This document shows, piece after piece, positions 31,301 through 42,374 of a stretch of 64,000 nt of DNA; position 1 is the stretch's first letter; the number at the start of each line of letters is the position of its first letter. The stretch spans positions 1,856,001 through 1,920,000 of the forward strand of contig OZ242365.1 of NCBI GenBank assembly GCA_965208905.1, written 5' to 3'. Below the pieces are notes generated by a model. It made no database searches and had not been told where the DNA came from. It saw only the letters and a program-made list of their open reading frames with translations. The translations under genes and the position numbers were made by a program. This DNA is from Nitrosopumilaceae archaeon. GTDB taxonomy: Archaea; Thermoproteota; Nitrososphaeria; Nitrososphaerales; Nitrosopumilaceae.

Positions 31301-34300
31301 ATTCTCCACATATCAGTCACCGAGGAGACGTCCCATGTGTTGAGGGGTTGGTTGAAGGAGGTGGCGTGGCGGAACATGGCGCCCATATCGGTCACCGAGG
31401 AGACATTCCAGGTGGAGATGTCTTGGTTGAAGGAGGAGGCGCCGTCGAACATGTACCACATATCAGTCACCGAGGAGACGTCCCATGTGTTGAGGGGTTG
31501 GTTGAAGGAGGTGGCGCCCTCAAACATTCTCCACATATCAGTCACCGAGGAGACATTCCAGGTGGAGATGTCCTGGTTGAAGGTGTCGGCACCGTGGAAC
31601 ATAACGTTCATGCGGGTCACCGAGGAGACATCCCAGGTGTCCAGGGGTTGGTTGAAGGAGGAGGCGTGGCTGAACATGTTGGACATGTAGTTGACTGAGG
31701 AGACATCCCAAGAGGAGATATCTTGATTGAAGGAGGTGGCGTTATGGAACATGTAGACCATGACCCTGACCGAGGAAACATCCCAGGAGGAGATGTCCTG
31801 ATTGAAGGAGGTGGCGCCAGAGAACATGCCGGCCATGCGGGTCACCGAGGATACGTCCCAGTCTCCGATGTCCTGATCGAACCTGGCAGTGTCGCTGAAC
31901 ATGTATTCCATGTCGGTCACCGAGGAGACATCCCAGGAGGAGATGTCCTGATTGAAGGAGGTGGCGTTATGGAACATGTAGACCATGACCCTGACCGAGG
32001 AAACATCCCAGGAGGAGATGTCCTGATTGAAGGAGGTGGCGCCAGAGAACATGCCGGCCATGCGGGTCACCGAGGATACGTCCCAGTCTCCGATGTCCTG
32101 ATCGAACCTGGCAGTGTCGCTGAACATGTATTCCATGTCGGTCACCGAGGAAACATCCCAGGAGGAGATGTCCTGATTGAAGGAGGTGGCGTTATGGAAC
32201 ATGTAGTCCATGACCCTGACCGAGGAAACATCCCAGGAGGAGATATCACCGTTAAAGGAGGCTGCATCCTGGAACATTTCAGACATATCGGTAACCGAAG
32301 ATACGTCCCAGGAGGAGATATTCTGATCGAACCTGTCGGCGCCGCGGAACATGCCGGCCATGCTGGTAACCGAGGATACGTCCCAGGAGGAGATATTCTG
32401 ATCGAACCTGTCGGCGCCGCGGAACATGCCGGCCATGCTGGTAACCGAGGATACGTCCCAGGAGGAGATATTCTGATCGAACCTGTCGGCGCCGCGGAAC
32501 ATGCCGGCCATGCTGGTAACCGAGGATACGTCCCAGGAGGAGATATCACCGTTAAAGGAGGCTGCATCCTGGAACATTTCAGACATATCGGTAACCGAAG
32601 ATACGTCCCAGGAGGAGATATCACCGTTAAAGGAGGCTGCATCCTGGAACATTTCAGACATATCGGTAACCGAAGATACGTCCCAGGAGGAGATATCACC
32701 GTTAAAGGAGGCTGCATCCTGGAACATTTCAGACATATCGGTAACCGAGGATACGTCCCAGGAGGAGATATCACCGTTAAAGGAGGCTGCATCCTGGAAC
32801 ATTTCAGACATATCGGTAACGTGCGAGAGATCTGGGGTGTCGGTCGCTGTGTAGACCATGTTGACGGCATTTTGAAAGGCAGACCTCATGGTCGTCCACG
32901 ACACATCACCCCACTGATCTATTGACACGAGCTTGGGCGCATCCGAGTGGCTATCCAGCGAGATAGCTTGGAGTCCGCCGTAGACTGAGATCTGGTATGT
33001 GCCGGGATTAGTGTAAGTGTGGGTTGCAGTTCCCGGGACAGCAGTGCTGTTGGTGCCGTCGCCCCAATGAACAGTCATGTCGGATCCCACAAGAGGAATG
33101 GAAATAGCCTGGTTGCCGGCATCGGTCTTCCAAGTGGTGATAAACGGGCTCTGGTCCAGCGCCTGTTGAGTGCGTGCTGCCTCTGAACCACCAAAGATGT
33201 CCAAGTCATGGCCTTTTTGGTTTTTTACGTCGCACGAGCTGCCGTCAGCCGTCTCGTATGATATGCTGACCAGCGCTGAATCCGCATACGGAAGCGTGCC
33301 GCTCACCATCAAGTCGGCGCCGGAGAAGGATATCGGGTAGGCTGCATCAACTAGGGTCCCATTGATGTTGAAACCTATCTGTACATCGGGGATTTTGTCC
33401 CGGGACCCGTCTATGAATGTAAGGTCAAATTTGGAGAATAATATGAGGTGCTCCTGCCAGCCGTCCACGCTAACGTCTATGCCGGTTATATTCGTCGAGG
33501 TGTCGCCACAGGATACGGTCACGGCAAAGTTGCGCAGTATCTCGGACATGTCAAGATCTATGGCCGCCGTGACGGTGCCGTTCTGGGAATGTGTACTGGT
33601 GATGATGGCGCCGGTCGGCCGGGGATCGTCCATGTCTGCGATATCTATGATCTGTACATTGCCGCCGTCGTACCGGGTGGTGACCACCGCGTACGTCCTG
33701 CTGGATATCTCCGCTATTGCGACGTCATTGGCCCCGTCCAGCGCCGTGAACCCGTCCATCCCGTCGGTTGCCGCGGCTACCCAGATAGGAAAGTGCGGCC
33801 TGGTGATGTCTATGATCTGTACGTCGTCGTCGGTCCTGACGGTGACCACCGCGTACGTCCTGCCGGATATCTCAGCTATTGCAACACCACCGGCCCCGTC
33901 TCCTCCCAGTGTATCAAACTCAGCTACCGGTACGGGCGAGGCCGGAACTGTAATGTCTATGATCTGCACGCCGTTATAGAAGTCCCCGGAAGTGACCACC
34001 GCGTACGTCCTGCCTGATATCTCCGCTATCGCGACATTCCTGGCCACATTCAGCGCCGTGAACCCGTCCACCCCGTCGGTTGCCGCGGCCACCGGTACGG
34101 GCGAGGCCGGGACGGTGATGTCTATGATCTGCACGCCGTCGTCGGTCCGGGCGGTGACCACCGCGTACGTCCTGCCGGATATCTCCGCTATCGCGACGCC
34201 ATTGGCCCCGTCCAGCGCCGTAAACCCATCCACCTCGTCGGAGATGGCGGCTACCGGAGAAACGACCAGGTTCGCCTCGGCCCCACCGATAACAAAGCCG

Positions 34301-34383
34301 ATTGTCGCTAGGGCCATCAAAATCACCATGGCCATCATTGCCAGCGTGCGACATTCTTGCATAAATAGGGTTTTTTTCACCAT
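28313..34383 (-). pseudogene. Giant LVIVD/DUF285 surface protein, paralog of 7802-15127, split by a 1-bp deletion at ~31292
   Basis: ORFs 31243-34383 and 28313-31246 join. ggaggtggcccctc here versus intact ggaggtggcgccctc in the sister repeat at ~31510. Confidence 0.88.
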
Positions 34384-34501
34384 CAGTGATAACCATTACT
34401 GAACGGGTGGGGTTGTTGCGTAATTCCATCTGATCTTGTTCTCTCACATACTCCACCGTATTTTTACCGACGGAGTGGTATGACCTGCACGATCATGCGT
34501 A

Positions 34502-34723
34502 CTAGCGGACAATCGGATCCGATAGTCTATCAAACGAAGGGCAACACTCACGTAGTTTTTATCAAAGTCTGATGGGTTTGGTGCGGTCAGCAGTACAGGG
34601 GCGGGAAAATGTGTCTGATCTTCGTGTTTTGGTAGGTCGTATCGTAGAACTACCCGGATGTGGGGCAAATTCGTCGATTCAGGCCATCGCGCCCAAAATC
34701 TATCGGATCCTATTGTCTGCTAG
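34502..34723. mobile_element. IS630-derived MITE, copy 3
   Basis: ctagcggacaatcggatccgatag ... ctatcggatcctattgtctgctag, with TA on both sides. Confidence 0.88.
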
Positions 34724-34774
34724 TACTCATAAACTCTGGTAGTCTAGTTAAATACTAATTATTCAACTATTTGA

Positions 34775-37700
34775 TGATTGAAGATAGTAGTTGGAATTTT
34801 AGTGGTGATGGCTGTACTGCCTGTAGCTGCACATGCCCAGCTGACGTCGGCCGAATATACAGTAAATACTGGCGAGATGAGCCTAAACTTTGATACACCA
34901 TATGACACGCTTAGCATACTGCTCAGTCGTATACAGATAACCGACGGGACTGAAAATGTTACAGCCTCGTTCAACGACTTTGTCCGGGCGCGGCCAGGCA
35001 TATTATATCTGAATATGGACACCGAAAAGATGAATACTATAAACAACATGAGTAATCCAATCTTAGTAATGAATGAGGGCGCCGTCAAGTTCGGCGGCGT
35101 AAATAATGTTGCGCAAAGTGTGCCCCTGACTGGAATTATACAGGTGGGCGCCGTCATACCCAAAGGCAATGAAGACATACTCTCTGTGGCGGAGCTGTCC
35201 GTTGATCATTTTAATCATGTATTGGAACAGCATGATGCTCTCTGGAGACTGGAGATGGTTTTGAAGGATTACGATGATCAGATACTGTCATTGTTGGAGC
35301 TGCAACAAGCAAACATTCACGTGGCGATTGGTACTGAGAGCCTTCTGGCAAAGAATAGAATTGCGCAGCTGGGTATGACTGTAATAGCATGTTGTGCCGC
35401 CCATACAGACTATGATATAGTACATGCTGACCCGTTATCTTTTGCCATAATACCAGATGATGACCATGCTCTGGAAGCTACAATTGCCTTGATGAACGAG
35501 AGAGGAGTGAATCGCATACTGCCGGTGTATCCGGCAGATGATCGACATGTGCTTGATCGTATAGACCATCTGGCGCAAACAGCAGTGGCTGAGGGCATAC
35601 AGTATAACCTTCTGCATAGTGGCGAGGATATCGCCTCGTATGTGTCCAATGCTGTAGTGTCCGATTTGATGTCGGTGCCTGGCATTAGACTTGGTGTGCT
35701 ATTGACCGATACCGAAGATGCTCCACGAATACTGGAGGCTGCCTCCAAAGACCGGTCACTGACTCGCGTAATGTGGTTTGGTCAAAGTCCGAACGATGAC
35801 ATACTGAACAACTCTAATGCTACATCCTTTGCGCAAGAGGTGGACTATTCGGTACCACATCCTTCCGGCCTGGAGAATCCAGTTACAGTATCATTGGACT
35901 CTCATGTGTATAACACACTATACCGCGTACCAGACCCAACTGCCTTTGGTGCTTATGATGTAGTTCAGATAGTGGGACTTGCAATACTTGGTGATGTAAA
36001 TATACACAAGAGTGCGGTTGATACGTTTGGGAGTTTGAACTTTGCAGCTGAGGATGTTGCCAGCGCAATTCCAGAGATATCTGGCGCATATGGTGGGTAC
36101 ACAACATATACTGGTCTGGATGAGAGTGGGGGGCTTACGGCTCCCGTGTACCAAATACAGACTATACGAGACGATGATTGGGTTCGAATAGGCATGTATA
36201 ATAATCCAAAACATACGTCAAGTGGAGCAATATCGTTTGGAGATACAATACTCCCGCATACACAATACACTGCAGGAGAGCCACTAGTCCATGATGTAGT
36301 TCCTGTCGGCTTACTGGTGCACGAGTACGATGCTCATGCGGCCGGCCTTGCCGCTCGTATGGGATTGGCACTAATGAATGATGAATATACACTAGTCGTG
36401 GATGATGTTACTAATGATGACATCGAATCCAGCATGAATCTCTTTAATGATGTGGGCATTCCAATAGTTCTTGTACATGCACCTGAACTATCCATGCTTG
36501 AGGCATCCCAATATGCGCAAAATAATGACATGTTGATAATCGGTACAGCATCAACGACAAGAATATTTGCTACACCAAACGATGACACCTTCCGCATGTT
36601 GCCATCTGATGTATGGCAGGCAAAGGCGCTGGCAGGTATAATGCAACACGACAACATACAGGGTGTTGTGGCCATCTATCCTGATAGTCCCGAAATACGT
36701 CTACTACTTGAGGATGTGGCTACCGAGTTTACCGGGGAGATAGATATGACGCATTCGTATGATGATGTAAACAATGCAATGAGTGATGCAGCTGCGTCCA
36801 TACGGAGTATGGCAGACAAGTATGGCACCGGGAGTACGGCAGTCTTAGTTATGGCAGGTGATGACACTGCTGATATAATGAATGCCGCAAGAGGTACTGC
36901 CAAACAGGTGAACTGGTATGGCTCACTGGGAATGGCTGGTTCACATAAGATACAAAATGAGGCTACTGACATGATAAACCTCGCTGCAATATCACCAGCA
37001 ATGTCGGATGGTGGACCTGCACAGATTATACTTGATTCATTATCTAGTACACAACTACCCATGTATTCGGCAAGTCTGTTTGAAGCTGCCAGATTGGCGG
37101 GAGCAGCCATGACTGAATCTGACTCCAATACCAGCATAGCCCGAGCCATATTGCCCTCGATAGCCGATGGGGCTGGCTTGATCTTTGATCATACGACTTT
37201 GGATGGGAATGGAGACTTGGCATCCAACGCATATGATATATGGCGATTAGATGATAATATGTGGACTCGTGACTCCGCGTATGATGCCACAGGTGGCTAT
37301 ACAACCAAGATCCCCATAGGGGTCATGACTCCACTGACAGGCCCGGATACGCAACGGGGCATACAACAGATGTGGGGGGCTCATTTGGCAATATCGGCAC
37401 AAAACGATATGCTGAAACAGGATGGCATGCCATGGAGACTGTCACAGAGAGTGGTGGATACTGCTACGGTCCCCAATGTGGCGCTGGATGCCGCACGCAC
37501 ACTGCATAATTCGAACATACAGGTTGCATTAGGTCCTCCTGATGCAGCATCAATGGACATGATAGGTGAATTTGGTATAGATAATGACTTTACAGTCGTA
37601 TCTTGCTGCTCGCACACACTGAATGTCAACCATACAGGCACAACATCTCTGGGCTCCACACAGATACATCAGTTCCTAACTATTATGCACATGCTGAATG

Positions 37701-38377
37701 ATGATCAAATAACAAGTCTTTTGATTATACAGTCCAATAACAATACTACAGATATAATACTGAACAATATAATATCTAATTTTAATGGCCTACTAAATGT
37801 GCAAAGGTATGCGGCCAACGATACGTACAGCCAAATAACGACCAGTGCTGAATCCACAATCTCTGGCATGCTGAATTCATACAGCAGCTCATCGGTGGGA
37901 GTGTTACTGTTGACGTATGATGATGCAGCATCAATTCTTGAGGCGGCATTACACCAGAACAATCTGCAGTATGTCAATTGGTATGGACTATCTGTCGATG
38001 GTGCATTGCCTTCCATACTCTCAAGTCCAGATGCCGTAACAACAGCGACGAATACCAACTTTGCTGTGGCCACGCCGGCCATACCACAAGATGTCTCTGA
38101 ACTAACATTAGAACTACAAACATCTATGGGATTTACCCCATCATCTGATGCCTATCTGATGTATGATGCGGCAACACTATTGTCAACTACCATAATACGA
38201 TTGAACGGTAACTCCGCGGCTTCCGCTGTTGCTGAAATAATGCCATTACTGGCACAAGATATGGTTGGCATAACAGGTCTGCTGACCCCTGATGTAAATA
38301 ATCAAAGACTGCACATCTCTCATGATGTGTGGAGTATTGTTGGTGGCGAGTGGCGATTACAAAAAACCATACCATAA
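34775..38377 (+). CDS. Secreted protein with about three tandem LivJ/ANF-receptor-like (type I periplasmic binding) domains
   Basis: Signal peptide and repeated blocks (I.VG.., P.D.., W[FY]G, YD/FE-AA.L, LD.NG.L...Y.I...W). IPIGVMTPLTGP in the third block. Confidence 0.78.
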
Positions 38378-38763
38378 CGATGACTCGTATTTTGTCTCCA
38401 AAGTTAGCAACACAAATTGTACAATGCAGATGACTTTGTCCCGTAGCTGGACCTTGTATATCGTTTGGTGGTTCTATTGCAGCAATGCGTCTGTGATGTG
38501 CATACTCGCATCTGGACCACACAACATTACTCTTGTACACCGCACCCTATAGGTCATCTATTGGAGTCTTAATTTGATCATACTTCTTGTACATTGTAAC
38601 TCTACTATCCGTTGCTTTTTTGGCTTCCTGTACCCTACATATATCATAATTATTACTAGCATTTAAAATCATTAATTGAATTTTGTTGACTATTCTCCAA
38701 ACTTGTAGGGGCCGAACCTTAATGACACAAGATTTTTTAATAAGACTTTTGTGTTAACTACTA

Positions 38764-39245
38764 TGATTCCAAGATTTGTACCAGAGGGTAAAAAATTTTT
38801 ACCAAAGGTAACAATGCAAAAATTACGAAGCTTACATAAGAAAGAAAAATCAGAGAAGCGTAAACGATATTATGTTGCAGCCATAAAGCGAAAAGAAGGG
38901 CTATCAGTTAGGGAGATAGCTGATGATGTCAATATGAGCGTCGCTACCATAAGTACGTGGTTGCGGAATATGTCAACACGCGGCGATGCCGAAGGTTATG
39001 GAACCAGACAAGGGAGACCGCCAAAGTTTACCCCCGAACAACTAAAGGAACTAAGTGTTGATATGAAAAAATCCCCATCAGCATATGGTCTGGATTCTGC
39101 CAGTTGGACATCTCCTGTCGTGGCACAGTATGCCCTTCAAAAGTTTAATGTTGAAATTACACCAGGTTCAATGCGTCGCATTCTGGTACGTAAACACATA
39201 GACTGGCCCGGTTCAGCAGAAGCGATGCGAGCAAGACAAAAGTAA
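38764..39245 (+). CDS. Winged-HTH protein resembling the IS630 transposase N-terminus (no DDE domain)
   Basis: GLSVREIADD...TISTWL, GRPPKFT and PSAYGLDSASWT. Confidence 0.75.
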
Positions 39246-39573
39246 ATAATCTTTAAAATTCTTTTACATTAAATTTATTTTTGTGTGTATAATATTAATT
39301 AATAATTTCTGTATATTAAATGTGAAATTAATATCGAGCCAAATTTCGACTTGGACAATAATTATTTAATTTTATTGATATTTTTTTATAATAATTAATT
39401 ATATCATACTAAAAGTGCAAAGTGTTAGAGTCAGAACGCCAAATCAAAGTTGTGTTGCGCAGTGGGTTATGCTAAAGTATGACGTCAAATCAAAGATATT
39501 ATACAATTGCCGGTTGAAGATGATATCATTATGTATTATAGACAAAATATATAGTTCTGGGCTTTGTGGGTTA

Positions 39574-41041
39574 TGGGAATTATATACAAAAGTACACAGC
39601 TTCGGCTGTACACTCATGCCTTTTCTGACGACTTCGTTGTATGGAGTGGAGCATAGAAGGTGTTGGCTTGTAGTCCTCCTTATGCCCCGGCCGTCTTAGG
39701 ACGACGTTCCCCGCCGCCCTATACAGAATATTCCAGGCGGCATTGACATCCGCGTGGAATACCCTGGTACAATTAGTGCAAATGAATTTGTCGCGTGTGA
39801 CACGCGACTTAGCATCCACCGTACCACACACATGGCACGTCTGGCTCGTATATTTGGCCGATGCCCCCAACAGCGGTATGTTGTGCATCTCACACCACTG
39901 CGCAAGCTTGCGCAGGAACTCCCCAACATGGTTCTCCCGCATTGAACGGTTCATAGCGCGTTTGTAATTCCCGCCATGTGTGGTCATATCCTTTACGGAG
40001 AGCGATTCGACCACGACTGCGTCCATGCCATTAGTTATCTGCGCAATCGTCTGATTTATGGTGTTCGCAGCTATGTTGTTGGCCTTCCTGTATAGCCGCT
40101 TTATTTGATCATTCAATATATGCCACTTCCGGCCATGCCGTGTCTTGCGGTCGCGCAAACTCTTGAGAGCGTCAATCTCCCGCAGGATTGCTCTATGGCG
40201 GGTGTTGTGTATTGTGACGTTGCCGTCCGTATCTACCGTGACGGCGAGATGCTTGCCGCCCACATCAACGCCACGCATTACACCCGTAGTATGGTGCAGC
40301 TCGATCGGTATGCGTAACGCTATGTGCAGCTCAAACATGTGGTCGGACGGTTTGGTATGTTTAGTCACCTTCTTGGTGACATCGACTATCCTAAATGACC
40401 GCATGTCCCATGTTTTATAAATGGGTTTTGCGATCTCCACTGTACCGTAGCCGGAGATATGTACGGTGTGATCACCCTTCCGTACAGGCGGTGTAACGGA
40501 ACTAAGTATGATGCGGTCGTCTTTGCGGCGGTATGGCGCATGGCCGGAGTTGTCATCCATGACTCTCCTACATGCGACGGATGCATCTTGTATGGCGCCC
40601 CTGCCAAACACCATAGGCAAGTCAGATACCCATGCATGTTCAGCGCGCCACTCCGTAAGCTGCTTGAACATGCCGTACTTTAATGCTATCTTTGACGGCC
40701 CAAAATCATATGTATGGTAGTCATCGTCCAGCATACCTGATGTAAAATCCAGCTTGCCCGGTAGTTTGAAGGACTGCAGGATGTCCACTACCACCCTCTC
40801 CATATATTCGCCACCAAACAAATACTCTGATACGGCGCGGTTGTATGCATATCTTGACGCATGATTCGTGCGGTGCACCCACTCTGCAAACAACACATCC
40901 CTCCGTAGCGGTACCTTAACTATCCGTATCATAATATATAATACGGTATACTAGTATTTAAGGGGAGTTGTATGGACGCGATCCGTGGTTCAGGCATTAA
41001 CTCTCAGAATCGGGGTTGTGTACTTTTGTATACGATTCCCA
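39574..41041 (-). mobile_element. TnpB-only element bounded by 31-bp terminal inverted repeats
   Basis: 39574-39604 matches the reverse complement of 41011-41041 at 26/31. Confidence 0.75.
39580..40932 (-). CDS. tnpB: RNA-guided endonuclease TnpB
   Basis: RuvC-I GVDVG, RuvC-II VVESL, zinc finger TSQTCHVC...CTNC, RuvC-III HADVNAAWNI. Confidence 0.93.
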   Translation of the reverse strand: MIRIVKVPLRRDVLFAEWVHRTNHASRYAYNRAVSEYLFGGEYMERVVVDILQSFKLPGKLDFTSGMLDDDYHTYDFGPSKIALKYGMFKQLTEWRAEHAWVSDLPMVFGRGAIQDASVACRRVMDDNSGHAPYRRKDDRIILSSVTPPVRKGDHTVHISGYGTVEIAKPIYKTWDMRSFRIVDVTKKVTKHTKPSDHMFELHIALRIPIELHHTTGVMRGVDVGGKHLAVTVDTDGNVTIHNTRHRAILREIDALKSLRDRKTRHGRKWHILNDQIKRLYRKANNIAANTINQTIAQITNGMDAVVVESLSVKDMTTHGGNYKRAMNRSMRENHVGEFLRKLAQWCEMHNIPLLGASAKYTSQTCHVCGTVDAKSRVTRDKFICTNCTRVFHADVNAAWNILYRAAGNVVLRRPGHKEDYKPTPSMLHSIQRSRQKRHECTAEAVYFCI

Positions 41042-41209
41042 ATATTATTGTACAAGGTGTATCGACAAGTCTGCCATGGAAGGTGTCAAGACACGGTGAC
41101 CTATAAGAATCTGTCAAAAAAGTGACCTGCACCAAACTTGACAACCATCTCCACACGAGGTTACCTTTTTGGCAATTCCTCACAGGTTACCATACATGTC
41201 TTATACCGG

Positions 41210-41467
41210 CTAAGTTGAATCCCGTAACCCTTCCAACCGACGTAATTCATCATGAAGTAGTCTAATTACATGTTCATCATTTTTTACAAAATTCTTGCAT
41301 TTGGCGAGATCTTGCCTGTGATCTATTATTTCATCATACTTCTCGGATATTATGGCGGCAACCTCATCACATTTTTTGATATCTTCTTTTATTTTATGGA
41401 GCATGCGGTTCAGATGTTGGCGTATCTTAGTAATCTTCTCCGAAAGCTCGTCTGAAATCTTCTCCAA
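41210..41467 (-). CDS. Coiled-coil ORF B2, +1 frame relative to A2
   Basis: LEKISDEL...HDELRRL aligns with B1. There is no ATG upstream of the homologous part. Confidence 0.7.
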   Translation of the reverse strand: MEKISDELSEKITKIRQHLNRMLHKIKEDIKKCDEVAAIISEKYDEIIDHRQDLAKCKNFVKNDEHVIRLLHDELRRLEGLRDST

Positions 41468-41594
41468 CCTCTCGTACGAGCGCTGCACAACCACGTATCT
41501 GCTCAGCAAGACCCTCGGCTTCCGGTATATTGCGTGCCTCTATAGCGTCTGCCCTTCTCTCAAAATCACTCGCATATCTCTCTATCTCACTCAT
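41427..41594 (-). CDS. Small ORF A2 (55 aa, not in the ORF track)
   Basis: Hand translation MSEIERYASDFERRADAIEARNIPEAEGLAEQIRGCAALVREVGEDFRRAFGEDY*. Homologous to A1. Confidence 0.75.
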   Translation of the reverse strand: MSEIERYASDFERRADAIEARNIPEAEGLAEQIRGCAALVREVGEDFRRAFGEDY

Positions 41595-42010
41595 ACATTA
41601 CATATACCCACTATAACATAAAAACCATCACGCCGACACGGGACTGGTAAGAAGTGCTGACCTTCGTATGGTTGGAAAAGATCTAACGTCTGATTAGAAA
41701 GTTTGTAACCTGATGTATGGTACGCTCCGACCCGTTTCTGCCCCCACTAGGCACTACCTGAATTTCCACACCGAGTCACTTTTTTGACAGTTACTCATAG
41801 GTCACCATGTCTTGACACCGCCCTTGACACGGGTATGATTCTCCCTGTGGTTGGAGCAACCCTTTCTGGTACGCGGAAGGCTCATTATATCCCTCTGGAT
41901 GGTAGAAACACCAACAGCGTGTTATGTGTTTCAGATCGCTTGAAAGTGGTTTGATTACGCATAAACTCTACTCCTAAATCCTTAAAGCAAGTATGTAATT
42001 ATAGACAGAC

Positions 42011-42313
42011 ATGAAAGATTATGACCATATAGTGGTCTGGCTGGATTACTTTAACAAAAACCTGTCTCGCTCTCAGGGTAGACGACTGAGCAAAGACTAT
42101 TGTGTATCGGCCCCAGTATTGGATGATTTAAGTGCAGCTGCAAAGATGGCCGGCTATACTGTCCAAGACACAAATTATAAAGTCCGTCACCCCCGTCGTG
42201 CCAACATTAGATCAGGATATATCACTATACCAAAGAGTGACCCAAAGACTCGCGTACTGTATAGGATTGCTCCAAAACTTGTGCGGGTAGACAAGGGCAG
42301 TAAAAAAAAATAG
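42011..42313 (+). CDS. srp19: Signal recognition particle protein SRP19
   Basis: VVWLDYFNKNLSRSQGRRL and HPRR. Confidence 0.92.
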   Translation: MKDYDHIVVWLDYFNKNLSRSQGRRLSKDYCVSAPVLDDLSAAAKMAGYTVQDTNYKVRHPRRANIRSGYITIPKSDPKTRVLYRIAPKLVRVDKGSKKK

Positions 42314-42374
42314 GCTACTTTGTTTAAAAAAACAAACAATATAGTTTGTAAATATGTACATTGCAACACCTGCT

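Larger units (their letters stand above)
41082..41819. mobile_element. 738-bp element bounded by 45-bp inverted repeats, carrying a small split gene
   Basis: 41082-41126 matches the reverse complement of 41775-41819 at 41/45. Confidence 0.8.
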
